Source: the human T2T-CHM13v2.0 reference genome, Homo sapiens. From it: a DNA stretch of 64,000 nucleotides. The position numbers were made by a program, and so were the translations under genes. Location of the stretch: assembly GCF_009914755.1 (NCBI RefSeq), contig NC_060948.1. One strand, given 5' to 3'. Below, piece after piece: positions 50,370-63,833 of the stretch. The notes under the pieces are model-generated. The model searched no databases. It saw only the letters and a list, made by a program, of their open reading frames with translations, and had not been told where the DNA came from. Every line of letters begins with the position of its first letter. Within the stretch, counting starts at the first letter, position 1.

Positions 50370-50592
50370 TGTATACACACACGTATATACATATATATAC
50401 ACACATACATAGATACACACATACATAGATACACATATACACAATACTTATATATGTATATATACACACATACATATATACATATATATACATATATAAT
50501 ATACATATATACGTATATATACATACACATACACACGTATACATATAGGTGTATGTATATCACAATGTATATAGGTATACGTGTGTATGTAT
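50370..50592. repeat. (TA/CA) low-complexity tract
   Basis: Direct observation. Confidence 0.92.
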
Positions 50593-51655
50593 ATCAGCAA
50601 CAACATAAGAGAAATGCCCTTTTAATATGGTTGCAAATGCTGCTATGTCAAAAAATATTTAAATATTTTCAAGTTGAAAAATAGAGTTCAAATCTTTGGG
50701 AGAATAGTCACCAGATTCTATCATGCTGTAAAATGGGTTATTGATACAGTTCCATATGATGCCTATATCATGAATCTATTTCTCTCTGTCTCTTCTCTTT
50801 TGCTCTTTTAATAATCTTAACATGAAATAACTTATAAAAAGATGCAGTCCTATGCATTCCTGTCATCTTCCTGTGTATGCTTCCATAATGTTCTTCTAAA
50901 TTATTTTTCTAACAGTTTTGTGCTAAAATCTGCTACAGAGATGAGCGAGGGATGCTGGCCACCCATGGAGAAAAATGAGACCTGTGTTCCAGGCTGTCAG
51001 CAGACTCCTGGAGGTTTTGCCCATGGCTGTAGTTCAACCTGTGTTCCACAAACATTTGCAATTGTCTGCACTGCTTTGGAGACATGGGCCAAATGGGTTT
51101 CCCTCCTGAATAACCAGCTTTCATCTATTTATATACTAGACATCCACAGCATTTCACTTGCAAAGGGTTCTACTGCTAAAAATAGGTAAGTAAATAAATA
51201 AATAAACCTTCTCCTGTATAATATGTGAACTTTACATAAAATATAATACAGATTAGCAATGCAAAGCATCCCTTGCACTTTTTGTGGCCATTTAATGAAC
51301 ACACATCAATTCAAGGTACCTCGTTTTATCACCCTTGGAGAGGGTGAACATCCCTGACTATGGTAATCTCAATTTATTCTGCCAACAAATATGGATTGAT
51401 GAACTTCGTATTAGAAATGGAGCAGCATTTAACCACACAGAGGCCCCTGCCCTTATGTTCACCCATTACCTCATTTCTCTGCTATAGTCCAAGTAAGATT
51501 CTAATTCCTTTCCATTAAAATCAAAACCTCTTCCTAGTATTTGTGATACATCACAAGCAACTTATTTATTAAGAGTTGCCATCATTTATTATTTTTTTTT
51601 TACTAAATTTATACAATGAACTTGTCTTTTTATGCTCCTAATTAAAAAGAGAGAA

Positions 51656-51945
51656 GGCCAGGCTTGTAATCCCAACATTTTGGGAAGCCAAGATGGAAGA
51701 GTCACTTGAGCCCAGGAGTTCAAGACTAGCCTGGGCAACATGGTGAAACCACATATGTACAAAAAATAAAAATTAAAAAATTAGCCAGTCATAGTGGTGC
51801 ACACCTGTAGTCCCAGCTGCTCCAGAGGCTGAGGTGGAAAATTGTTTGAGCCTGGGAGGCACTGGTGGAAGTGAGCTGTGATCATGTCACTGAACTCTAG
51901 CCTGGGTGACAGAGCGAGACCCTATCTCAAATAAATAAATAAATA
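51656..51945 (+). mobile_element. AluJ-like
   Basis: Dimer with short 5' deletion; TSD aaaaagagagaa. Confidence 0.92.
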
Positions 51946-52073
51946 AAAAGAGAGAAAGAAGAATGAAATAACAATATAGGATCAGTAAATGCCTGAGGCC
52001 AGGCATTTTTAAAAATATGTTTTTATATCTTCAGTGCTTAGTGCAATATCTGGCATATTTAAGATATGTAACA

Positions 52074-52447
52074 CAGATGCTTCTTCACTTACAATGGAGT
52101 TACATCCTAACAAACCCATCATAAGTTGAACATGCCGTAAGTCAAAAATGTCATAAGTTAAAAATGCATTGAATACAGCTAATGTACCAAGCATCATAGC
52201 CCATCTGGCCTACTTTTAATGTGCTGAGAAGACTCAGATTACCCTGTAGATGAGCAAAATCACATAACAAAAGCTTATTTTATAATAAAGTGTTGCATAC
52301 CTCTCGTAATTTATTTGACATTACACTGTAAGTGTAAAAAATACTGTGTTGGTACTCAAACTATGGTTTTTACTGAATGCATATTTCATTTTCACCATCA
52401 TAAGTCTAAAATTGTAAGTCAAACTATCACAAACTGAGGACCATCTG
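52074..52447 (+). mobile_element. MER47A-like TcMar-Tigger MITE
   Basis: TIR ends cagatg.../...catctg; aaacccatcataagttgaa, aaaatgcattgaatac. Confidence 0.82.
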
Positions 52448-53124
52448 TGTCTGCATGTGAATGATAAATATTTAGACAGCTAAATGGTATATGAATTGGA
52501 AGATATTCCAAAATTTTATACATTTACAAAAATGTATGCAATATTATAGCAGATCTATCCAACCTGTTTCAGCAGAACTTCCATTCTTTTTGAGGTGAAA
52601 AATTAAATATTTTGGAACAGGTCACTAAAATGCATTAGAAGATCCTTTTGCAATGGGCTGTCCAACTTGAGTTTCTCATTTGTTGGATCACTTATCTCCT
52701 GAATATCACAGATACTATATTTTTATTAACATTTTTGTAGAGATGTATCAATTAATGCATTACTTAGCTTAAGTCACTAAAGTGAATGACTTAACGCTTG
52801 ATCATTCTTCTCTGGGATGAGCAGTCAATTTAGCATTTGATCATGGGTTTTCACAGTTACCTCCGCCACTTTTAAAACCACTTTATACTTCAGAGCTATC
52901 TCCTCCCTCACTGTTGCCTAGTGCCAAGGATGCAGGATTTCAATCTAAGTTACTACAAAGTGAGAAGTGATTCTGATTGACCAGAAAATGTTTATACACA
53001 ACCCCATCCTGGGAAACAATTAGACATCTTTGAGCTTAATCAGTTCATCATTCTTCCAAGTTATGGTTTTAGACTTTTCTCTAAACTCCAAAAATAAAAT
53101 TACAAATGATATTTAATTAGACAT

Positions 53125-53428
53125 TGTATTAGTCTGTTGTCATGCTGCCAATAAAGACATACCCAAGACTGGCTAATTTATAAATGAAAGTGATTTAATT
53201 TACACAGTTCCACATGGCTGGGGAAGCCTCACAACCATGGCAGAAGAGCAAGGTACATCTTACATGCTGGCAGGAAAGAGAGTGCTTGTTCAGGGGAACT
53301 CCTCTTTTTATAAAACCATCAGATCTTGTGAAACTTACTATCACAAGAACAACACAGGAAAGACCCACCTCCATGATTCAATTGCCTCCCACCAGTACCC
53401 ACCCATGACATGTGGGAATTGTGAGAGG
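53125..53428 (-). mobile_element. THE1/MST (MaLR) LTR, truncated
   Basis: tgtattagtctgttgtcatgctgccaataaagacatacccaagactgg. Confidence 0.9.
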
Positions 53429-54339
53429 CAAAACTGACAACTTATCATCTAATGTGATAGGTAAAAGCCATTCAATTCTTTTAACCAGTAACCAATAACC
53501 TCAGCTCAATTATTTTAACCAATAACCTTGAATATTTATTTTCTTATTTTGTACTAAAAAATACATGCACTACAATAATCCAAGCACATTCACCAACACA
53601 GGATGATACCACAGCTTAAATGACAAGCAACAGAGACTTCTCATAATCATACTAAAATTGCTATTGGGACTTCCTCCCAGCCACATTTATTTTGTCTTTA
53701 CAGAGAAGCTCAATAAAATGGAGGCTGCAAACTGAACCCTAAAGTAGCACTGGTCTCTCACATCAGGGCTTTTCCTAATTAACAACATTACACAAAGGAT
53801 GTTTCAAATTGCAGCAGCACATCCAAAATTAAATGTTAACTTGTCAGTGAAGATGGCTTAGGCATCTCAACAAAGTACAGTGCATATAAAAGAAGTGCCC
53901 TCTGTTCACCCAGAGCCCCTCAAGCAAAGGACTGTGTCCATCAAAGTCACTCTTCAAACTGCATTTGAGAAAAGCAACAGCAGAGCATGCAGAGATTGTC
54001 ATGTGCCACATGCTGCCTGTCTATATCTCTCTTCTTCAGAAATGGGCAGAGCCTGGTGGGAGTTGGGGTCTAGAACACTGAGCTCTGTGAACATTCTCTG
54101 TGAGGGAGAAGCCCCAATCCCAAAAGCCAACAAGAAGCAGAAAAATCACAGCTTCCATTTAAGTGGCCAAATGCACAGACAAGTCCAAGGGTTGTACACA
54201 CCATGAAAATAAAAATGGCCCATGTGTTTGTGTTAGTTGTGCAGTATTGAGCATTTCTTCACTGAAAGAGTCATTTTTTACACCATTGCCTCATCTACAT
54301 TTTGTTTGCTTGCACATGAAATTCATTGCTTTTTACCTG

Positions 54340-54660
54340 TTTACCAGATTCTGAGACTTCCATCTTTGTAGTTAGCACTTCCTCCATTTTTATTCTCTGA
54401 TAACTAATACTCATTCTGCAAGATTCACTTAAACATGACCTTCTCAGGTAAGCCTTTTATAAAATTCTGTCCTCCAGAGTCAGTAAAATGGCCTTCCCAA
54501 ATCATGATTTTGTAGCTCGCTATTTTACTTGCATTATAGGTATTATATACCTTACAACTGTATTATCATTGGGTTGTGTCTTGTGTCCTGACAGTTACAC
54601 AATAGGTTAATATGTGTCTTCTTCTTTTCACTCACATCTTATTTCTTGGCATTTGTGTTT
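54340..54660. mobile_element. L2 fragment
   Basis: actcattctgcaagattcacttaaacatgaccttctcaggtaagcctt. Confidence 0.55.
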
Positions 54661-54714
54661 CACAGGATTGTTTTGTACAATGGGACCTGAGAATACAACT
54701 ACTTAGAGATTATC

Positions 54715-55180
54715 CTGGGTTAAGCGGGGTCCCCTTGAAAGTTTACATGTTGAAGTCCTAAGCCTAGTCCTTGAGAATGTGACCGCATTTGTAAACAGGG
54801 TGACTGTAGATGGAATTAGTTAAAATGAGGTCGTATAGGAGTAGAATGGGCCACTATATTCCAATATGACTGGCATTCTTATAGAAGACAGAAATTTAGT
54901 CACAGACATGCACACAAGAATATCATGTGAAGATGAATGCAAAGATCAGAATGATACATTTACTAGTCAACAGACACTAAAGACTTCCAGCTAACTATCA
55001 AAATCTAAGGGAGAGGCATGGAATAGATGTGTCTCTAATAGCCTTGAGAAAGAATCAACCCTGCAGATACCTTGACCTCAAATTTCTCCAGAACAGTGAC
55101 GGAAGAAATTTCTATTGACCAAGTGACCTAGTTTGCAGTTTGTAATACTTTGTTTCAGCAGCACCATGGAGGTAATACAG
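54715..55180 (+). mobile_element. MLT1B/C-like LTR
   Basis: gttgaagtcctaa...gaatgtgacc...aattagttaaaatgaggtc...aatcaaccctgcagataccttg. Confidence 0.82.
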
Positions 55181-55869
55181 ACGCTTAGTTATATTGGAAA
55201 ATCGAGTCAAGGAGAATGTCCATGTCATACTCCTTATCTTTGAAATAAAATTATTACATTCTTTATTTTTTCTTTTTGTGATTTTGCTGGTTTAAAATCA
55301 GAAGAGCAAAGAATCCATTAGGGTCTAAAACTGGGAAGCCAAGCACAGGTCTTTAGTCTGTCTCTTGCTCCAAAGTGTGAGGAAGTTCTCTAACCAAGTA
55401 GGAGATGACAGGAGGTTAAATGGCCATGCCAAGTCATGATTTGGGATGAATCACTGAAAAGGAATAACATCTGATATGGTTCCCCAGACTGGTGATTCAA
55501 GAAACATATACGATTCCACCCACACCTCACTTTAAAAGAGGTCACACAGTTTTCTTCAGAATTTTCAGCTTTTAATGCTTTACCTAAGAACAAATCTATT
55601 GACAACAGATCCTGAACTACATGGTGTTAGATTTGAAGGAAAACTTTTTCTCACTTTCTCATTTTCAAGATTCAAGAAATAACAATAAAAGAATGGAGGA
55701 AGTTAAATCTACTAGGATTATCATTGAAGAGCAAAATCCCAGCTTTCGAGAAGCAGTTTCCAAAGATTTAATGAAGATTTCATTGGCTGTGGTTAGATCT
55801 TTCAATATGGTAGGAAGGAAATACCAAAAAAAAGTGTTTTGTAGATGTTTAAGTTAACTTTCAACATTT

Positions 55870-56191
55870 TGGTTCTTTTTTTTTTGACAACAGAATCTTG
55901 TTGTTTGGCAACAACAGTCTTGCTCTGTTGCCCAGGCTGGAGTACAGTGGTGTGATGATCACAGCTCATTACAGACTCAAACTCCTAGTTTCAAGCAGTA
56001 TTCCCACTCAGCCTCCAAGTAGCTGGAAACACAGCTGTGCACCACTATGCCAGCTAATTTTTTTATTTTTTTGCAGACATAGGGTCTTGCTGTGTTACCC
56101 AGACTGTTCTTGAACTCCTGGATTCAAGAAATTCTCCCATCTCAGCCTCCTAATATGCTGGTATTACAGGAGCACACCACTGCACCCAGCC
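55870..56191 (-). mobile_element. AluJ-like
   Basis: Diverged dimer. Confidence 0.88.
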
Positions 56192-56682
56192 TAAAACTTT
56201 ATTAATCATGGACTCAACAAACATCCATATGTTGATTTTAGAGATCACAGCAAACATCATTTTAGGAATTCAAACGTTGAACATCCACAAATACACTGGC
56301 TGATTGACTGTCTGAGTTAGCCCAGGAACACCCAATCTGGACATGTCCACCATGGGCTTGCTTATCCCACAATGGCTAAGGCGACCTCCTTTTGTACTGT
56401 AGCATTGCTCTGTGTTGCAGTTCTCCATGAGATGCAGAGACAGGCACTTCCTGGTTTCACTAGGAATATCTCTTTCTTCCAAAGCCCAGCTAAGTACAGG
56501 AGAATCCCTTTCTCTTGCAGCAACTATGTTTCTTTCCAAACTTCAAATCTGTCCTGGAACTTTATCAGTAAACCAAAAGCTTCCATTGGTGCAGGTCTTG
56601 GGCATCTTCATCTTGGGGTCATGAGCTTCTTATCTGATCCTTATACAACTGGTTGCCTCAAAACATGTGACGTGGCAACATA

Positions 56683-56960
56683 GTTTTTTGTTATTGTAGT
56701 AAAATCCACATAACATAAAAGTCACTCTTTAAAGTCTGCAACTCAGTGGGATTTAGTACATTCACAATGGCATGCAACTATCACCTGTATCTAGTGCAAG
56801 AATATTTTCATTGCTCCAAAAGAGACCTCTGAAGCAGTCACTTCTCATTTCCCCTCTCCAGCTCTTGGCAATTGCTAACCTACTCTCTGTCACTATGTGT
56901 TTGCCTATTCTGGATATTTTATATAGATAAAATCATGTATGTGTGTTTTGATATGACACT
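56683..56960 (-). mobile_element. L1MB/MC 3' fragment
   Basis: taacataaaagtcactc...ttagtacattcacaatg...tttgcctattctggatattt. Confidence 0.72.
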
Positions 56961-58257
56961 TGTGAAGTACCAAGGAAATAAAGCCACCATGCCTAGGACT
57001 GCATTCCACAGTGAAATCGATGGATGATACAGTTTCTACTATTGTGGATAGAAATAAAAGAAATGCCATGGGATAGATGAAAATTGCCTGTGTTTTGAGA
57101 TTTATATCCATTAACTGATTATACATCATCAGTCACCTGTCCAGTTAAATTTTTGTCAGTCTAAATAATCCAAATACTATCATTGTCTGTACTATCTGAC
57201 AATTATTAATGTCCCAGTGTCAGTGCAGGAAAACTGACTTATCCAACTCTTCCTTTGCTTTCCAGTTCTCACTTTGCTAGATGTCTCTGTCATTTCTTTT
57301 TCCTATTGATCTGCAATTCTCTCACAGATCAAGATCTTCTTTCTTTGGTTTGCTTTAAATCATAAACGCTGAAAAAAGGACATCATCTCTAAAGAAAGTA
57401 ATTTGTTGGAAGGGAAGTTGTATTATGTCTTGTCACACCAGTAACATTCTGTTGCTCACTGACCTGATCTTCCAAGTGTCTCAAGTTCTGCTTGTACTTG
57501 ACAGGCTTGAAAAGTGGGAATAAACAGCACTGATGATGTTGAAAATACAAACTACACAAAATAAATATTATTTAAATGGACAACAACCACACTGGCACTA
57601 TTTTGCAAATGTAAACCTTTCTTTAGAAACTGATTGTATAGAATGTTATATTTTATGTATGGGGGGCGGGGTGGGGGGAATAACATCGAATCAAGCTTAT
57701 CTGTCTTTTATTTCTATTTCACCAAGCACACCAAGAGAGACAAGTAAAAAGGCTAAAAGAAGAAAAATTATCAAATTGAGCATTTGCTAAGCACTAATCT
57801 GTTAAACTAAAATAAGCAAGCTCAGTTGAGTTAAAATTCATTAACTGAGTTTGTTGTCTCATGTGTAATGGTTACTTTAAAATTCTTTTAATGTTTTTAT
57901 GGTATTCTTCCTTTCCAAGTTTACAAAATATCAGCTGCAAGGGTAAAAAGTATTCAAAATTTTAAAATAAAGCAATGAGTGGATAGAATTTGTTGTTTAC
58001 ACAGATTGTCCAAGTGCCAGGTTGTATTTACAGAGGAAACTGAAGTTATATTTACAAGTGAACTAATTATTTCTTAGCCACTAAAGGTTCTTAAAGTAAT
58101 GATTCTCATACCATTTTCATAGATTGCCTCCAATACTTTCTGCTATATAGGTGAGAAGACAGATACCTTTAACTCCCTTTTAAACAATAAATGAACTGAG
58201 TTTCCATATGAGAGGATTTGCCAAAAGTCCTGAGTTATAAATACTGGATCTAAATAT

Positions 58258-58600
58258 GTATGTCAGGAGAGGCTTCCTGCTATAGGAACAACCCCCAAAT
58301 CCCAGTGGCTTCATTCAACAAAAGTTCATTTCTTGCTAAGATTGAAGTCCACCATAGGTTTTCTCCCATGGTGGGGAGAGATAGGTGTCCTGTCCACTTT
58401 CTCCTTCAAAGACAGGGCTGAAAAGAGCTTTGCCTGTTCAAAGCACATTGAGATCAGCCTGGCTGTCAACATTTAGCTGCCAAACAAGACAGTACAGAGA
58501 GCTAAGTTTGGAGAAGTCTAGGTATACATAATAGGTATGTGCCATATATCACTCTTGCCTCAATTCCACTGAAGAGAACTAGGAATAGTCCCTAAAAGCA
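58258..58600. mobile_element. Old MLT1 fragment
   Basis: aacaacccccaaatcccagtggct...aacaaaagttcatttcttgct. Confidence 0.55.
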
Positions 58601-59140
58601 AGCCATAGGACTCATTGATCATGTCTCCAATTACACCCTCAGTTTTCACCATCCTATTGATTATCTCAGCTCAATTTCTCTCTCTCCATATTGTAGCCCC
58701 ACACTCACGGTGGTATTAGTATTTCCTAGGTAGTATTAGGAAATATTAGTATTTCCTTGAGATACAGCCTAAATATTAGCATTTCTTTGAGATACAGATG
58801 CACATCTATGAGGACTTCTTTGTATTCCGAAACTGCTGTTTATATAATCGTAAGTGAGAGAGAAGAAGCAGGAGATACAAGAGAAAATGTTTTTAATAAA
58901 GATCGTTTTACAAATTGAGCAGTAAAATGCCTTTGAGTGCTGTAAATATCTGTGTGTGCCTATAGCAATAAAACAAGGCACTCAAATGATAGTGTTGGCC
59001 CTGAAAAAAAAAGAAGCAGCTAGGATACTGGGAACCTGGAGGCTAAACGATGTGGAATTGAAAGTTTATACCTTCAGGGTGCTGTAACCTCAGTCCTGGG
59101 GGTTCCCTGTGCCTCCACTCTAGGCCTCTGCTCACCCTAC

Positions 59141-59805
59141 TGATAGCCACAGGAGGCAGCCAAATGGCTAGGCAGATAGGCCTGGGTCCCTGGTGAAACC
59201 TGATCTTCAAGCCAAAAACAGCCTGAAGGCTGAAAGACCATACTGCTGGTCCTGGATTAAACCCATGACCCAGGGTGAGATCTTCTGTTCCTATTTGTCC
59301 TCCTTTCCCTAATTGATTTCTTTCTGAATAATGCCTTTTAACCAATTGAATGTTGCCTTTTGCAATACTACCTACAGCCTGCCCCTCCCCTATTCTGAGC
59401 CCATAAAAAGCCCAGACCCAGCCACAAAGGGAGGAGAGCACCACTTGACTCCTGGTGCAGGAGACCACTCCTTGTGTCCCCTGTCCACTGAGATCTGATC
59501 TGTCACTCAATAAAATTATTCTCCACCCTCCTAATCCTTTAATATCCAGCGTATCCTCATTCTCCTTGGCTGTGGTACAGGAGCTAAGGAGCCACAAAGG
59601 CAACTACAAGCTATAACACAGGTGAGCTGGACCATGCACTTCCCAGCCATGGGCTGAGCCAGTGCACAAGCCAGACTCTGCTTGAGGGGACAATTGAGTG
59701 GCTATCTCCTACAGCAGCTTAGTGTGGCCAAGCAAGGCCTGGTGGGGTGTTGCCGACTAGAGATCCCTGGCTTGCAAAATGACCAAGAAGAAAAATCCTG
59801 TATCA
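59141..59805 (+). mobile_element. ERV1 solo LTR (LTR1/LTR27/LTR28 group)
   Basis: tgatagccacaggaggcagccaaat...aaaatcctgtatca; ataaaa and AATAAA; flanks ctac/ctaa. Confidence 0.8.
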
Positions 59806-59961
59806 CTAAATCCTTGGATGCTACTGAGATTCTACTGAACGCTGAGATGTTTAAGATGTTTAATAAAAAAAAAAATTTCTTAAAAGAAAAAAATTGCCTT
59901 TATATATACCATGTTAAATACAAACAGCAACTAAATAGAACTTAATAACAGAAAGATCTAA

Positions 59962-60063
59962 TTACAATACTAACAAAAAATGAAAATAGCAGTTATTTAA
60001 TATTCCTCTAATATCAGCAGCATATTAAATAATTGCTATTTTCATTTTTTGTTAGTATTGTAA
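59962..60063. repeat. Near-perfect inverted repeat, 42-bp arms, 18-bp spacer
   Basis: 59962-60003 vs 60022-60063, 41/42 complementary. Confidence 0.95.
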
Positions 60064-60515
60064 GAGACAGCATCTCACTCTGTCACCCAGGCTGGAGTGC
60101 AGTGATATGATCATAGATCACTGCAGCCTCAAACTTGTGGGCTCAAGCAATCCTCCCACTTCAGCCTCCCTAATAACTTGTATTAAACGTCTGAACCACC
60201 ACACCCAGCTAATTAAAAATAAATTTTGTTTTAGCGACAGAATTTTGCTCGCAGTTTGCAGAGATTAAAGAAATGAGCTGCTATGCCTGGACAATTTTTT
60301 ACTTTTAGAGACAATGTTCTCAATATTTTGCCCAGGCTGGTCTCAAACTCCTGACCTCAAGCATTCCTCCTGCTTCAGCCTCCTGAGTAACTGGTATTAA
60401 AGGCCTGCACCACCACATCCAGCTAATTAAAAAGAAATTTTGTTTTAGAGACAGAATTTTGCTATGTTTCCCCAGCTCGTCTCAAACTCCCAGGCTTAAA
60501 TGATCCTCCTGCCTC
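60064..60515 (-). mobile_element. Rearranged AluJ-like composite with internal duplication
   Basis: Alu arms; ~120-bp block repeated at ~60128-60249 and ~60342-60463. Confidence 0.85.
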
Positions 60516-62377
60516 TGGAGAGGTAAAATATGTTTGTGCATAATAAAATACTAATTTGTAGTTAGAAATTTTATTGATTAGTTTCACTATGATTGAAAGA
60601 AATTTTTTCCAATAGTTATAACGTTTTCATTTATGCAATACATATGTGTATAATTATCCATTTTTCATCTGCTTTCCAATTTTCTACTCTTATGTTTCTT
60701 GTGTCAAATAATTGCTTTGACTACACCTTCTGTAACACTATTCATGGTGTGGTGGGGAACATCTTTCAAAAAGTGTGATGTTGCAAGAATTTCCATGTTT
60801 TTACTAATAAATAAATTTCTTTCTCATTTCTATTTCTACAAACATGCACATAGAACATTAAAATATGTTTTTCCAATGTGTTTTCTATTTGAAAATAACA
60901 AATTGATAAGTGTCTTTTCAGGTTCTATGATGATGTTTATAATTTTTTCTCTATGAATTCTTATCTTTAAAATGAAATCAATATATTTCCGTTTTATAAT
61001 AAATTTTTTTTATTTCTAGTGTGAACCCCATGTAATAAGCATGCATTAAAAAATGTATTGCTATATTATACTTTCATATGTTCCACTTAGACTTAGTCAC
61101 ATTGGTAAGGTGAGTTGCTTTATAGCTTTCTTTTGAAAACATTCTTAAATATTCGTGCCTGGAATTATATAAAAATCAATAAGTTTTTCTCCTTTTCCTG
61201 CATTTTAGAATGATTTTTAAAAACATTGAAATGATCTGTCTTTTGAGGTTCGAATAGAATTTCACCCTTAATCCATTGGTCTTTGGGGGTATTAGGGATC
61301 ACTCCCTGATAATTTCTTATCTTTCTTAGAAATAATTATACTCAGTTTTCAAAATCTCCTTGGAATCAGATTAGTAATTCATATTTTTATAGATAACTAT
61401 TTTGTGGAACACAATCCCATAATGCACCCCTCCCATCTGTGTAAATTTCATTGAATTTCTGCATCCATTTTGAGTGAGTGGTAGAGTTACTCAAAAGTTC
61501 TTTCAATGATGAGGTTTTCAGTTCTGTTCTTGGATCTCTTTGGTTTGTTTGTATTCAGGGAAGAGATCCATTAGAGATGACTGTGCTCATTCATAAACCA
61601 CCCATTCAGTCTTTTCTAAAATCTCACTATCTTTTCCTCTTCAGTATTCACAGTCCTTGATTCTTCTACCATAGTGACTATGAGACATGTGTAAATAATC
61701 TTAGAGGAAGATTCCATAATGGTGCCAGACATTTGTCCCTCTGCACTTTCTAAATATCAGCATTCTCCAAGCTTCCAGATTGGACACACTTCCTTATTTA
61801 TTCCAAATGCTTCTCTGCAACAATCTTAATCAAAGCACTTGAGATTTACATAGACTTACATACTACCACATTCATACATTTCTATCCTAAGGTTGTTCTT
61901 GTTTTTGTTCCTTAAATTTACTTATACCTCTCACTTAAAACATGACAAAACATACTTTTACATCTCTTTCATGCTATGTTTGTTTTTCTGTAGTCTTATG
62001 CTATGATAATTATACAACTTGCTTGGGGGCTCACATTAAGAAAATTATATGCTGGTTTTGTTTTATTTCTTTATGTCATGACTAGGGAGAAAAATCAAAG
62101 AAGTTTATAAGCACAGTATGTCTGGGTGAACAAAGCTTTGTGAATTCAGTAGTATGTCTGTGGAATGCATGAAAGCTGAGAACCATGTGGTAGTATACTT
62201 AGAATGCCTTAGGGCTTAACATAGATACACTCCCCAGAGGTGTGGTTTTATGAATAAATCTTATTGTCCAGGCAGATTTCAAGTTTATCAGGGTGCAGTG
62301 CAAGCCTCTGTGTTGCATGTTTTCTCAAAGATTAAGTTTCAAGGAAACTGCCATTTAAAAGTTTGAATGAAGATAGA

Positions 62378-62415
62378 CACACATACACACACACATACAC
62401 ACACACACACACACA
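62378..62415. repeat. Interrupted (CA)n
   Basis: Direct observation. Confidence 0.95.
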
Positions 62416-62417
62416 TG

Positions 62418-62852
62418 ATTTAATCCCTGAACAACTCTAGGGTTAGGAGTGCCACCTTTCTGTGCAGTTGAAAATGTATATATACCTTTTACTCTTCAAA
62501 AACTTAAGTACTAATAGTCTACTGTTGAATGAACTTCTTACTGATAACATCAACAGTCAATTAACACATATTTTATATGTTGGACATATCATACTGTATT
62601 CTTAACAATAAAGTAAGCTAGAGAAAAGAAAATGTTATTAAGAAAATGTAAGGAAGATAATATATCTACTATTCATTAAGTGGAAGTTAATCATTTTTAA
62701 GGTCTTCATCCTGGTCAACTTCACCTTCAGTAGGCTGAAGAGAAGAAAGAGGAGGGGTTTGTCTTGCTGTTTCAGAGGTGGCAAAGGAGGAAGGAAATCC
62801 TCATGAAAGTGGATCCATGAAGTTTAAACCTATGTTGTTCAAGGGCCAATTA
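62418..62852. mobile_element. Tigger2a (MER28)-like DNA transposon
   Basis: ccctgaacaac.../...gttgttcaagggccaatt degenerate TIRs; aaaacttaagtactaatag. Confidence 0.8.
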
Positions 62853-62859
62853 TGTATGT

Positions 62860-62927
62860 ATAGAGAGAGAGAGAAAGAAAGAGGGAGAGAAAGAGGGAGA
62901 CAGACAGATATACAGAGATAGATAGAT

Positions 62928-62979
<52 letters not shown>

Positions 62980-63108
62980 TAGATAGATGATAGGTAGATA
63001 GGATGGGTGGGTGGATGGATGATGTATGTATGTATGTATGGATGGATAGATATGATTGATTGATGGATGTATAGATAGGTGAAAGAAAGAAAGGAAGAGA
63101 GAGATAGG
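62860..63108. repeat. Complex GA/GATA/GATG STR with uninterrupted (GATA)13 at 62928-62979
   Basis: Direct count. Confidence 0.95.
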
Positions 63109-63697
63109 CAACCTCAAGTCTTGAAATCATTTTAAAAGTGACCAGGAAGATCATATATCTTCTAGGATTAAAGAAGGAATATGATTTGTAAGTAATGTCT
63201 TGCAACTAAAAAGTTTAGATCACAAATTAGAACCTTGCCTTTGAGCCAAAACTAATAGGATAGAATTTAAATGTGATAAACATGGCATGCTTGTGTAATA
63301 CTAACATGCAATATGTTGAAGGTTAATCTGGTTGTCCTTCAAATTAAAACGGGTCAGGACTTGACATCATGAATATGAATATCACAGATGTCATGCTAGG
63401 TGCAGAAAAGGTGACTTTTGAACATTTCAAGTGGTCTTTGCCCTGGGTATTTCTTCCTCCTTTCTGTCTTTTTTGCATTCACATCAATTTTCTAAGTGTT
63501 CCCTGATTTCTTTTTGAATATTACCACATCTCTATTGCATGTAGTCCAGGGTGATAATAATCCCAATTTTTTTTGTCCCCCAGCCTAGGGTGAGCACATG
63601 CATATGACATCTTGGGGACATAACCCCTTCCACAAATTTAAATTTTGTTTAGAGGAGTGGAAGCCTTGGAGAGTATTGATCCTCTATACCATGATTG

Positions 63698-63833
63698 TTT
63701 TTATTATTTACTATTTTTATTTTTAGAGATGAGGTCTCACTACGTTACCCAGGCTGGACTCAAACTTCTGAGCACAAGCAATTCTCCTGCCTCCCAAAAT
63801 GCTGGGACTACAGGTGTGAGCCACCACATCCAG
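63698..63833 (-). mobile_element. FLAM / Alu left monomer
   Basis: tagagatgaggtctcactacgttacccaggctgg...gtgagccaccac. Confidence 0.85.

Noticed and set aside
50240-50684. Tyr/Ile/Val-rich ORFs (similar cases at 36920-37201 and 62801-63205)
   Set aside because: Artefacts of translating microsatellites
57818-57852. Small hairpin caagctcagttga...ttaactgagtttg
   Set aside because: About 13-bp stem that needs G:T pairs; plausible by chance in AT-rich DNA
59043-59603. 186-aa minus-strand ORF
   Set aside because: Antisense to an ERV1 LTR, non-ATG start, no protein similarity recognised
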